A stretch of DNA of 64,000 nucleotides. Origin: Podarcis cretensis. Its lineage: Eukaryota. How positions within the stretch are numbered: the first letter of the stretch is position 1; each line of letters starts with the position of its first letter. The stretch lies in contig OX638152.1 in assembly GCA_951804945.1 (NCBI GenBank), forward strand, positions 32,178,001-32,242,000, given 5' to 3'. Below are positions 1-12,191 of this stretch, in pieces. The translations under genes were made by a program, and so were the position numbers. The notes under the pieces were generated by a model. It saw only the letters and a list, made by a program, of their open reading frames with translations, was not told the origin of the DNA and searched no databases.

Positions 1-277
1 GGCAGAATGTATAGATGGGTGCTGAACAGAAACAAAGTTTTAACAGGTGATCCACACACCCCCTTCCTTCCCTCTACCAGCCACTTAAACATCCAAGAAC
101 CACTGACCTATGAATATGGATTATGTAACGGAATTTTAAAGGAACGGTTTGAAAGTTGTGCATTTGCAAATGAAGGGCTTGCAATATTTACCCTTTTTAC
201 ATATCTTTAAGGATTATAGAAAACAAAACCAACAACCTAGATAGCTTTTTAAAAAAAGGATTATATAAATTAATATT

Positions 278-495
278 GATGGCTACTAGCCTAGATGGCT
301 ATGCATCTCCTCCACAGTTAGAGGCAGCAATGCTTCTGAATACCAGTTGCTGGAAATGACAGGAGGCAAGAGTTTTCTTGTGCTGGGATTCTGCTTGCTG
401 GTTTCCCACAGGCAACGTGTTTGGCCACTGTGAGAACAGGATGCTGGACTAGATGGGCAATTGGCCTGTTCCAGCTGTCTTTTCTTGTGTCCTCA
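278..495 (+). mobile_element. CR1-type LINE 3' UTR fragment
   Basis: Contains GGCCACTGTGAGAACAGGATGCTGGACTAGATGGGC; the same sequence recurs near 14760 and, reversed, near 11050-11185. Resembles squamate CR1 3' ends. Confidence 0.7.
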
Positions 496-2892
496 ACCTG
501 ATAAAGATTCTTTGGGTACCCAGCTCTTAACATATTGCTTCTTAAAAAGTGACATATTTTCCATCCTTTTCTGTACCATCCAGGCAGTATCAAATTCACA
601 GCGGTATATTTTAATTCACCCCCCAAGAACTGTTTGGTTTCATTATTTTAGTTTTGTAATTGATTTTGTCAAAGATACATTTGGAAAAGATAAAGCAGTC
701 GATTAAAAGGGAAAAAAATGAATACCTGCAGTTGCCAAGTACATGCCCTGTGCAACAGTTTCACAAATTAAAAGCACATGTATATCCATGTGCATGCATG
801 ATGCACATATCCATTCATTAATTTAAAAAGGCCCACCCACCAGTATACTACTAAGTCAGAAATCTTAACCCTTCCAATAACTTGGTATAAACTGTCTAGT
901 TTTCCAAGCCTTTTCCTTTCCTGTCCTCCTTTCAATGCCCGGTTCAGTGAAATTAGACAGAAAATGCTGCAGAGATGGATTTATAACTGAATGCTCAAAT
1001 CTAAATAGAGGCAGTCAAATTAATATTTTTATTATGTCTATCACTGCTGTATTGAAATGATTTTCCATCTCACAATAAAGTTCAAACAGCCTGTAATTTG
1101 CTGCTAATACTTCTCCACCAGACGGCATGTTGGATTTGTAAAATGTCTGGTAAAAATCTGGGCTCCCTTCTTTCATCTTCTGCTCATTTCCCCTTCATTG
1201 TTGGAGTGAAGCTGATTGATGCTGCTGTTCATTTGGGGAGAATGAAGAAGGAAGTGGCAGGCTTCTTCCATTGTAAGATGAAGGAGAATCTCAAAACAGC
1301 CAACACTGGGATGCTCTTGAAGGACAGCAGTTCACTCTGGCCAAAAAGCTTTCCTCCTATCCTATTTCCTATCGCCCTTGAAAGCTCTACAAGAACAAAC
1401 TCTTTGCCAGAAGCACATGGGAGCCCAATGGCTTTGAGAAGTCTATTGCCAAATCCTGCACAATCAGTTGCTTCCTTTTCAAAATACAGAACACACAAAC
1501 AGAGAATAGTCATTTTAAGGAATCCCTATTTGTTTTTAATTCCTTTCTTATTTTCCCCCTGTGTTGGAGGTTCTTTTTTGTGCTCTCCACAGGAACTTCA
1601 GGTAGCTTTTCAAAACACTGATTTTAAAACATACAGGCCAGGCAGTTTTGAATATGTAAATGTTGGTGTATTTTACCATAGGACTTATAAGGCAAATCAC
1701 AATCTTGATCAGATCATGGGTCCTCTTCATAATCCTGAGACTTGCAGATTTCTTTCAAGCATTGTCTGAGGCCTGTAGCACTGCCTCTGTTCAGCTAAAA
1801 GAGATGTCCTTTAAACTTGTAAAAAATGTTAAATCTAGCCTGGAACAACCAGTGCATGGGACCCTATACCACATGTTTTAAATACAGTAAAAGAATTATC
1901 CCTGGGAGCAACAGGACTTGAGGACTGTAGCCATGCTTCTTCCCTAGAATTCCCCCTGAGAGCAATGGAAAGCTATAAAGTCCCATTGTCCCTGGTGGGG
2001 ACTTGTTCTATTGAATTCAAACCATGCAAGCCCCATATACTACTCCAGGCTGTGGGTGGCTGGATTAACCATTTTTACAAGTTTAAAGGACAGAAACCTC
2101 TTTCACAAAAACAATGACAGTGCTGCAACCCTTGGACCACTTCATAATTACTTCTTTTTTAAAAAAAGTTGTTTCCGCTTGGTTTTTAAATAATTGTTTC
2201 TTTAAAATCCACTCAGAAATATGACAGACTTACTCCCATTCCCCATACAGAACTGGGATTCGCTGGACTTTAATGGGTCCATCGTGTCCTTAAATGTGAC
2301 CTCTCAAGTGAAGTCTGCAGTGACAGAGCCTAGACACGGATTTTGCTAGCTCAGTGAAAACTAGACTATAGTCATCCTTCACCACTAGGAACCTCCAGTA
2401 GCTTTTAATTATATTAACATTTGTCTTAAACAAGAGCCAATTAAATGTGTTCCATTTTAAAATTCCCTCAGTTCAAGCAACAACATAACAAATGGTTATT
2501 GGTTTGGTTTGTGATGCCCTAGTGCCCAAATCTTTATAATGTAGTCCCATAACTGGATGGAATGTTTGACCTGTGGTCTATGCAGTTTAATTTCCCTGAA
2601 TGACTAGGAAATGTTTAAGAAAGGGGGGGGGACTTAACAGGAAGCAGATAGATGCTTTGTTTTAATCTGCAAGAGTCTCATTAGAAACCACGAGCTCCAC
2701 TGTACAAGTCCTCTGAAATTGTGATATTGAAGAACAGTGTTGAAATCTTTCATAACTGTATTTATACATTGAGTCTCACAGTGGTGACGGTCCTGGTGGA
2801 TTGACCCTAAAGCTTAAGAGTGAAGCTTTATATTTCTCCCCAATACATGTCGTAGTAGTAGCCATAAAAATCTGTGGGGTTCTTTGCATGGT

Positions 2893-2951
2893 TTCTGTCT
2901 CTGTTTCTCTCTTTCTCTGTTTCTGTCTCTGTCTCTCTCTCTCTCTCTTCT
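2893..2951. repeat. Imperfect (CT)n/(CTCTGT)n microsatellite
   Basis: Seen directly. Confidence 0.9.
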
Positions 2952-4051
2952 GTTCCTGGTGGCTCTCATGAAGTTTGAGGTTCACAATGATTTCCATTTA
3001 ACAGGCAGAGAATTGAGACTGCCATGATTTGAGCCTAGGTTTTGCAGTTAATCATTCTGTGCCATATGGACGGCGACCATACATTTCACAAGGCACCAAT
3101 TTTCCCAGCCCGTCCTACAAAGCTGTCTTAATGGTGTTAAGACTATTAATCCATCTAACTGGGCTTGGATTATTCAGGGTGGTAGCACCCAGAAGCACCA
3201 TACCTACACTTTGTTATATTTTTCAAGTACTGCTACGTGAAAAAGAGAGAACAGCATATATAGAATTCCCTCTTCCTCTTCTACATAAATTTCCCTTTAA
3301 GTCAGATTTCTTACTTTAGATGTTTCCCAGCACTACGGAAAACAAACTTGTCTGTGTAGAATACATTTAAAAGACAACAGTGAGTAAGAGTGAGAATGAC
3401 AGAGAGAAGGCTGTCTTGTTACATAAAATTGAATCCCTCAACACCTAAGTGACACCTCTCTCACCCACGCATACAAAAAAAATATTCTATTAAGTTTGAG
3501 CTAAACTACGTTGGTGCTTGTAACCAGGAATGGAATGTTTATTTATTTAAGAAATAATTTCCCTAAGAATAGAGAAAGGTCAAACTCTCTCACCTTTACT
3601 GAACCGTGGTAGTGGGAGCACAAATGGAAACCCCAAATGTGCAGTCTCACAGTCAAGCTCTTTATTATATCTGCTTGCCGCTTAGTAATTATGTTTGGCT
3701 TCTTTGTTTTATTACTGTGCTTATACCTCAAACCACTTATCACTCTAGAGATGGCTCCATCCTATGGGTCTTTCTAGATTATGATGGCACAAATTTGCAG
3801 TTCCTGCTCATTTCCAGTACTGCATTCAGACATAGACCCAAAAGGAAGCCCTCCTTTTGTGTATGCGGGAGGGGAAGGGAAAAATCACATTTTGCCACCT
3901 CCCAAAAGCAGCCTGTGGGGTATCTAGGGTGCTGTAAGCTTAGTTTCACTGGGTAGCCACTCACTACAGACTGGAATCCCACGTTGGTGTGGCTGCTACA
4001 AGGAGAAATTATGGTGAAGGGTGGGTAATCCATTAATAGTAGTAGTAATAG

Positions 4052-4052
<1 letters not shown>

Positions 4053-4088
<36 letters not shown>
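4053..4088. repeat. (ATT)n microsatellite
   Basis: About 12 units seen directly. Confidence 0.95.
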
Positions 4089-4182
4089 TGTTATTCTAAA
4101 GCAGCAATGCAGCAGCAAGCAAAGGCTCTAGCAGCTCAGTCAGCTGCTTGTGGCTGGAAAGCCAAACAGGAAGTTTGTGACT

Positions 4183-4196
4183 GTTGCCATGGAAAC
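4183..4196. promoter_or_regulatory. RFX X-box motif
   Basis: GTTGCCATGGAAAC fits the X-box consensus GTYNCYNNRGNAAC; ETS-type CAGGAAGT at 4167-4174. Function untested. Confidence 0.5.
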
Positions 4197-4881
4197 AAAG
4201 GGGCAGTCCATTCTCCTTATTGAGCACAGGATGTGAGCTCAGGGTGTGTCATATGACCTGTACAGGATGTACATGGGTGGAGTTTATTCTTACTGCTGTT
4301 GAGTGCAGACATGTTTCTCTGTACTGATGTAAAGGACAGAAATAAAAGATGTAAATAGATTTCTGTCTGCTTCTTTCCCCTCCCTGGGGACACCAAAGGG
4401 GAGAGAGAAGGAACGGTGTGTTTTTCTCACAGCCTGAGAAAAATTGCCGAGACCTCGCCAGCTTATCTGCCGGGAGTAGCAGCCGGGAGGTTGCCAAGGA
4501 ATATCTGCCGGTGCCTAGAAGAGGTAGGCACATTCCTCTGACCCAGGCAGAATTCCAACATTATTAGGGTTAGGGCTGCAGCACTGGAAGCTTAACACAT
4601 CCACCCAGCACAATTTCCTTGTATTAAATTTACTATGCACACCCCACACTACTACTGGAGGGTAAAAAGGGGTACAATACAGCTGCCTATCCTATGTAGC
4701 CTTAAGGGTAATAGCAGTGTTGAAGAGTGTTCTAAATTGGAAAAATTGTGTAGGTACAGTAAGTGTTAAACTCAACCTAATTCAGGGAGGTGTGATGCTG
4801 TATTGGGCTTTAACAATTTTTTTATTGGGAGCCACTCAGAATGGCTGGGGCAACCCAATCAAATCGCCAGCATACAAATAA

Positions 4882-4909
4882 ATTATTATTATTATTATTA
4901 TTATTATTA
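4882..4909. repeat. (ATT)n microsatellite at the end of a short retroposon tail
   Basis: Seen directly. Confidence 0.9.
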
Positions 4910-5834
4910 GCAGTAGAAGTAGTGCTACAACCCCAATGCACTTCATAACCACTCCCTCACAAACAGTGCTTTTTCAAAGCTAAAAGAGACATCAGCAAGG
5001 CTAGCCATGGATCTCCAATGGCAAATACAGTTTGAAGCTTAATTGAGGCTTTAATTTATTTGTCTAGTAGTGCACCTTTTAGAGGTATTTCTATGCTTCT
5101 GGTTTTGTTTTGTTTTTTTTAAAAAAAAACAAAATCGTGTAATATGCCAGGATCTGTAAAGAAAGGACAGGATACAAATCCAAGTTATAAGTACATTTAT
5201 TATGTGTATATGTTCAATATATGTTGACTCAGATCTGACTTGTGAGCTTACTGGGGGTGGGGAAGAAGCCCTAAGGGATATTTAATGATAAGCTGACAAG
5301 TGGCTGTGCCCATGTGTTTAGAATTCGTCTGTAAGATGGATCACCGTGTTTCCAGCTCTGTTAAGGAAGGTATTGATCTGGATAGATCCAACCCAAGGTT
5401 AATCCATCAGGTTTCCAGATAACAGTGTCAAGACAGACAAGTCCTAGATTCTTCAAACACTAACTGAAAGAAGCAGATAGTTAGTGACTTGTCAATGGCA
5501 CCACTACAACATCTGGTGCGGTACAAACTAACTTACTGGTGGGATACTGTGGCCATTATTACTTTCTGATACAGCACAGCATGACAACATTGGAAGGAGT
5601 GTTCCCCAGTTCACACCACATCTGTTGCTAGTAGTCAATACTTAAAATGGAAGAGGAATTCACAGGAATGACACAACTCAGTAACAGCAGAAAACATTTG
5701 ATAACCTGAAGCTGAAGGAAAGTTACAATCAGTTGCCAGTTTGCAGGGTCACAACAGAAAGTTGTTTCTGATTGCTTCTGGTTGATTCAAGCAAATACCT
5801 CCAAGTGTGGACTGTCACTGTTACTAGAAGTTCA

Positions 5835-6002
5835 CTATTCCAACTGCAGTGAGATGAACTCTCAGGAGGTGATGGATTCTCCTCCATTGGAGGTTTTTAA
5901 GCAGAGGTTGGATTGCCATCTGTCATGCATGATGTAGTTGAGTTTCCTGCATTGGATTGGACTAGATGACCCCAAGGGTCACTTCCAGCATTACAATTAT
6001 GT
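5835..6002 (+). mobile_element. CR1 LINE 3' end, degraded
   Basis: TCTCCTCCATTGGAGGTTTTTAAGCAGAGGTTGGA encodes [12 protein letters not shown], followed by GGACTAGATGACC; homologous to the copy at 39696-40216. Confidence 0.85.
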
Positions 6003-6056
6003 CTCTGTGTAATCTACTGGCATGCTGGTTGTCTGTAACACATTCTCAAGTTATTA

Positions 6057-6268
6057 CAGTGGTACCTCAGGTTATAGACGCTTTAGGTTACAGACTCCGC
6101 TAACCCAGAAATAGTACCTCAGGTTAAAAACTTTGCTTCAGGCTGAGAACAGAAATCACGCAGCAGCAACAGGAGGCCCCATTAGCTAAAGTTCCTCAGG
6201 TTAGGAACAGTTTCAGGTTAAGAACGGACCTCCAGAACGAATTAAGTTCTTAACCCGAGGTACCACTG
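6057..6268 (+). mobile_element. Tc1/mariner (Tigger/pogo-like) MITE, copy 1
   Basis: TIRs CAGTGGTACCTC...GAGGTACCACTG with TA on both sides; four copies in the window. Confidence 0.9.
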
Positions 6269-7360
6269 TATTAGGACTTTGCCACTTGCTTGTCACCAAC
6301 TCCTAAACAGGTGCTATTATAAAATTCACTGCACCACTTGGTAGAACTTTACAAATGACAAGCTTATGTAGTGGTCATGTGCACAGCTTGGTAAAATGCC
6401 ACTTTCTAAATGGAGGTCTGTATTGACCATTCAGTTTCTTCCCAGTGTGCTTTCCCTTGATCAAACCACACTATGACTGCAGTTTCCTTAAAATGAGTAA
6501 CATTCAAAATGCATACATCCAAATGTGTGCTGTGAGGAGAGAGAGGTTATAAACATATTGGGTGAAATTCCCTTTTAGAACAAAAGAGAGCATGGACATG
6601 GCAAGGTAAAGCTGTGGAACTTAAACTTCATCCAATGGCAGTATGAATACTGGTGAAGCAATTGATATATAGTGGCAGATCAACTCACCCCCACTGTGGC
6701 ACATGAACCCAAGCCTAAGGGAAAGTGGTAGGCAGTGAAATAACATTCTTCACCTCGCTTAATACCTTGAGCTCCATCAGCATTTGCAAAGCTGAAAAGG
6801 TGCACAGAAGGGCAACAAATGGGTTGGAAGATGCTGTGGGTCTTCAGCAAAGAGAGCATGCTAAAAATAAAACACAAGCCTTGGTAGCCTATAGAGAGGG
6901 AGGAGATGGAAAGGCCATTAGGAGGGGATTTAATTGAGCGTAAAATCCTAAATGGTATAGATAATGCCAGGGCAAGCTGCTACTCATGGGTCAACTCGAA
7001 AGAGAGGACAGGTTAGCAACAAGAAAGGAAACAGGTTCAGCTTGGTTTAGCTTCCAAAGCTCATTCACACACAAATTGCAGGTGTGTGAGACAACTAGTT
7101 GGAAAGAAGGGCATAGAACAAAGTATGCAGAAGGGCATCTAGTGGAACCAGAGAGTTCTACTGGCTGCAGGTTTTGGAAAGGTTTAAATTAATACTCTGA
7201 TTCAGTGCCAGTGTGATGCCCTGTCAGGTTTGTGAACACATTGACTCAGAATGCTACAAAGAGCTGTCTCAACCACTACAGAAAGAATAATAAGTTGTCA
7301 CAGTGCTATGACTCTAATGAGAATCCTCTTAACACTTCTTGCATTATTGCCAGAGGAGAC

Positions 7361-7607
7361 NNNNNNNNNNNNNNNNNNNNNNNNNNNNNNNNNNNNNNNN
7401 NNNNNNNNNNNNNNNNNNNNNNNNNNNNNNNNNNNNNNNNNNNNNNNNNNNNNNNNNNNNNNNNNNNNNNNNNNNNNNNNNNNNNNNNNNNNNNNNNNNN
7501 NNNNNNNNNNNNNNNNNNNNNNNNNNNNNNNNNNNNNNNNNNNNNNNNNNNNNNNNNNNNNNNNNNNNNNNNNNNNNNNNNNNNNNNNNNNNNNNNNNNN
7601 NNNNNNN
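7361..7607. other. Assembly gap (247 N)
   Basis: Run of N. Confidence 1.
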
Positions 7608-10600
7608 TTTTGTAAATTTGTATGCGATTGCATTCTGAAAATTCTGCGGATGCTCACGGATGGGAAACCTGAGGTTGCTTCAAAGCTTACAATGCCTGTG
7701 TGCTGGAAGTGGTGAGCCCCCTAAAATACAAAGCAGTGATGTACATTTATAAAGTTGCAGAGGAATCAGGACCTGGTATCTGGAAGCTGTGACAAATTGC
7801 AGCTCCCAAGATGTGTTATACTATGATGCCCCCATCAAAGTCACATTTGCAAACCTATTTTTATTTCTGATATTTCTTGTTCCAAAGAATGACATGCCTC
7901 AAATGTGGGGGAACCTTTGGCCCTCCAGATATTTTATTTTTGAAATGAGTCACCAAGCATAGGCACCAGCTCTAGAGGACTATGGTCCCTCCCCCCCCCA
8001 ATAATTTTTTTCTGGGGGTTTCCTCAGTATTTTTTCTCCCCCCTCCCTCCATCTACCTTGGCTGTCTCCCCCAGCCAAGCGCTACCCTCTGTTTCTGGCT
8101 TGCCTTCAGGAGGAGCAAGGGGGCTCAGCAGTGTTGATGGGTGCTTGTGAGTGCATGCCTTATGCATGTCTGTTCCCCACCTTTCCCCACTTGTTCGCTT
8201 GCTCCCTCCATGCCACCACCCACCAAACTACCGCAGTGGCACCCCAAGCGCAATGAGCAAGCCTGGCATAGGATAGGCATAGGAGAGATGAGTGCCTGGC
8301 TGGGAGGAGGCAGCTGACTGAGGGAGGCAGAGAAAATACCCTGGCCATGCTGCCGACTCCAATGCTGCTGCCAACTGCAGTTTTAAACTGAAGTTTTAAA
8401 CTAAATTTATTTGTTCAATTCATATACTATATATGATATTAATATCAAAATATCATAAGAGAAAAAACATCATTTAAAATTTATAGTAAACAGAGTGGAT
8501 AATCCACATGATGTCTCACTCAATATTTTTCTTCATTGGAACTCATTCCAACTGTTTATCCAAGATAGTATATATTGTACACAATGTGTTTAGCAAATTG
8601 CTTGGAGTTTTGCTTTCATGAAAAAAGATGAATTAGAAATATAACAATGCAATTGATTCCCTGCCCTGAGATCCCCAACTTCTCTGAGAGTCCCAACTCT
8701 TTCTTTACATATCAGATTCCACTTTTTAAAAACATCTCTGCATTCCTTACTCTAAATCATAACATAGGATGGTCGACCATTTAAAATGAAACTTTCTCCA
8801 GTAAGACACAGATAATTTGAACTATCTAAATGAAACAAATATTGGATAGAAACTTAGGAAGAGGTGATTCGAAAATGCTGAAAAGACACAAATATAAATA
8901 TACAATGGTCTCTAGGTAAGAGAGCAACTGATGAGGCAGTGCCCTGCTTTGTAGTGCAGCTATGCAACAAAGTTTCATTGCCTCATTACGGCTCCCTCTT
9001 AACCTGGAAGCAAGCCTCATTGAACACAGTGGGACTTACTTCTGAGTAAACACGGATATGACTTGGCTGCATAATGCATCTATGGCCCTTCTTCTGCATA
9101 ATAGACCTCTTCCACGCTGCTTGTTTTGCATCCTGTTACGTTTGTCTTCTGCTCTGGCACTGCCAAACTATTTCCATTTGAACACTCTGTCTCCCTCCTA
9201 GGCTCCAAACATCTGATTTGGCATTCCTTCTGCTCTTGTGAGAGTTTCTTCCACTTCAGAGCAGTCAGTAGCTTATTTTATTGATTTATCTGAGTGAAGC
9301 AGAAGGCTGGGGTTGTTGTTTTTAATGCTTTACCTGCATGCAATGCTGTTGTAATGCAATAACTGCATATACATTAATGAATAAAGTCACTCCTGATTAA
9401 TAAGAGTTCTTTTCAGTTCCTTCCATTTGATTTGTACTACCTTTGCAACCTGATAAGACTAACTCCATATTTTAAGAGGTGTTCTCCTATGTTGATTTGA
9501 AGGGTGGAGTGTGTCTGACAGGCTGGGCTGTAGTCCAAGAGGTTTTCTTTCTGCCATTTTGAATGGATCTGTTGTTGGCTTATAAATATACTGAATACAA
9601 AATGAAGCAGATTTGTACATTTATTCTTTACAGTTCTGATTTTTCTTTCTTTTTAACAAGTTGTTAAATCCTCACTGGAACCAAAATTGTGCTGGTTCTT
9701 AATGCAAACTCATCAGCCTCCCTATATAGTTTCTCTCTCACACACACACACTTAAAACCCAACAAAGAAAAGGAATACGACATAAGAGTTAAAACTCTCA
9801 CACTCTTTCTCTCACACAAACACATGCAATTATTCCACTTCCTCTAGGAATCAGAAGCTGATTTCTCTCTCATTTTAGCAAGTATTGCTCTGAACTAAGC
9901 TTTCAGTTTATATTAGAAGTCCAGAGTCAGGAGGATTACAAGCACCTCTTCTTTTGATCTTTAATAAAAAGTGAACATTTACTTCTGAACAGTAGCAGCA
10001 AGAAAGGAATTAAACCTGGAGAGAGCCAGCTGACCTTTGCAAAGTGTGGATCCAGAGGGAGCTGCATACTTCTGCACACACAAGAAACCTGTAGTTGTCA
10101 ATCATAGCTTCCAGTATATAAATATTCTAAATGAAAATATACAAATCAGATTGAATAATTATTTTTTTAGAATATGTTTATAAAGATTCAGTGTGGCATG
10201 TTCTGTATCAAGGCTGCAAGCATAAACCAAAGTACACCCAGGGTTGGCCTGAGACATTTTGCTGTCTGAATTGGGCAATATGGTGCACACTCCCAGTTCC
10301 ACATGCAGATGTTGACTGGAGTGGCATCTTACATCAACTCTGATGATAGGAGAACATGCTCCTATATGCTTGAAACTGGAGGTCTGGTTAGAGGGCCCAG
10401 AAAAGCCCATGAAAAGTCCACAAGGAAATAGCTGAGGACTCAGAAGGAATAGCCAGCGGCTGCTACTGCTGCCTCTGAGTATCTGCACCTTGATACAGTT
10501 GTCTCACTCTGCCTAATGGTAGGGCTGGCCATAAGCTCATATTTGAAGAGCGACAGTTTCAGTCCAGGTAAAAGTAGAGAATATGATAGGATGCCTACTA

Positions 10601-11039
10601 ACTAGACATCTAGTTAACTAACTAACTAACTAACTAGATTTTTATAACAACCACACATATGTTTATATGCAACTCAGACAACTGAGGAGAGGGAGGGAGG
10701 GGGACCCTGTCGAAAAAGGCAAAAAGCTGTCCTTCCTGTCTGTGCTTTTATTTGTCTCTTTTTATCTGTCTGTGTTTTTATCCCTTAAGTTAAGATCATT
10801 ACCACCCCATATTCTATCTGTCTTTTTGTTTTAAGATCACCCTTCATCCCTCTCTCTCTCTCTTGCTCCCTCCCTCTTCTGAAAACAGAGAGAAGCAGTG
10901 TGGGGTTGTGATCATCTTAATACAATTTTAGAGTGAGAGACAATGTGGGGTGCCTCTGGCCTCATGCATAGCCAACTCTTGCCATACCCCTCACTGACAT
11001 ACATCCACTGAGTTTCTCCAAGAGAATGCAGCTCTCAGG

Positions 11040-11190
11040 TTTCAGCTCTTCTAGGTTTCACCTTGTCCAGAATCCTGTTTTTAACAGTGTCCCTCTTGAT
11101 GCTTCTTGGAAGCCCACAAGCAGAGCAGGAAAACAACAGTGCTTCCCTCACCAAGCATCTGGTACTCAGAGGCAGACCGCCCTCCAGAGC
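11040..11190 (-). mobile_element. CR1-type 3' UTR fragment
   Basis: Reverse-complement similarity to 278-495 (GTCCAGAATCCTGTT...AAGCCCACAAGCAG...CTGGTACTCAGAGGC). Confidence 0.6.
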
Positions 11191-11949
11191 CTTAGTCCAC
11201 TTACTCCTGAGTAATCCCATGGAGTCCTGGTGTCCATTGCTCAGGGATTTTTATGAAGAACCCATACATAGGACAAAAAATCCCACCCTTCAAGTGTTCT
11301 TAGAACTGGCTAAACATGTTGAAAGACCTCAAGTGCTTTGAATATCATGTTCATCAATTCTGTCCATAGCATTTTTTATATTATATGGTAGCCAGAAATA
11401 ACCAGTAACCAGCCTAGGGCGGTGCCCATATGGTGGATACTTCCAGGTAAGTGGGGTGGACTTATTTGTAGAAATTTCACATATGTGCTCACTTTTCATA
11501 ACTTTCATGGTATAATTCAAGCTGTTTTGTTTTGACATGCAAAGACATCGAAATCTGTGTATCTAAGAAAGGCACACTGTCCCCATAAATCCTGTATGCT
11601 CTAGTCTGTATGGTGTTCTTGTTTGCTACTTTTACTATACCATGCCCACTCCAAAAGTTTTATGGGACATTCATCCAGGAAGTTTTCAGTGGGTTCATAC
11701 TACCTCAGTGGTTATTTTCTATTATTGCACTCTACTTAAATGTATGTCTGAATCCTGGCAATGCAGCAGTTTCACTTTGTAAACATTGTAAGGCCTTTAG
11801 TGCAGCCTTGGTCAAATCCTCATGTGCAGCAGGTAGACACAGATATCAATGATCTGACACTTTCTGAATTTTGAAACACACCATCCCACACTGAAGTGAG
11901 ACGGACAATATGTGAAATAGGTTCCTGTAACAAATATGCGAGTGCAGTA

Positions 11950-12191
11950 CAGTGGTACCTTGGGTTACAAAGGCTTCAGGTTACAGACGCTTCAGGTTAC
12001 AGACTCCACTAACCCTGAAATAGTACCTCGGGTTAAGAACTTTGCTTCAGGATGAGAACAGAAATTGTGATCCAGTGGCGCGCCAGCAGCAGGAGGCCCC
12101 ATTAGCTAAAGTGTTGCTTCAGGTTAAGAACAGTTTCAGGTTAAGAACGGACCTCTGGAACAAATTAAGTTCTTAACCCGAGGTACCACTG
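11950..12191 (+). mobile_element. Tc1/mariner MITE, copy 2
   Basis: Same TIRs, TA flanks and internal sequence as 6057-6268. Confidence 0.9.

Noticed and set aside
1548-1730. Faint resemblance to a Gypsy integrase C-terminus (FKISVLKSY)
   Set aside because: Too short and degenerate to support without an HMM search.
1098-1769. Longest ORF (223 aa)
   Set aside because: TTG start, no recognisable domain and no clear exon structure; compatible with chance in non-coding DNA.
7232-7715. ORFs spanning the N run
   Set aside because: Artefacts of the assembly gap.
12084-12100. CTCF-like CAGCAGGAGGCC inside the MITE
   Set aside because: Only a partial match to the core, and it varies between copies.
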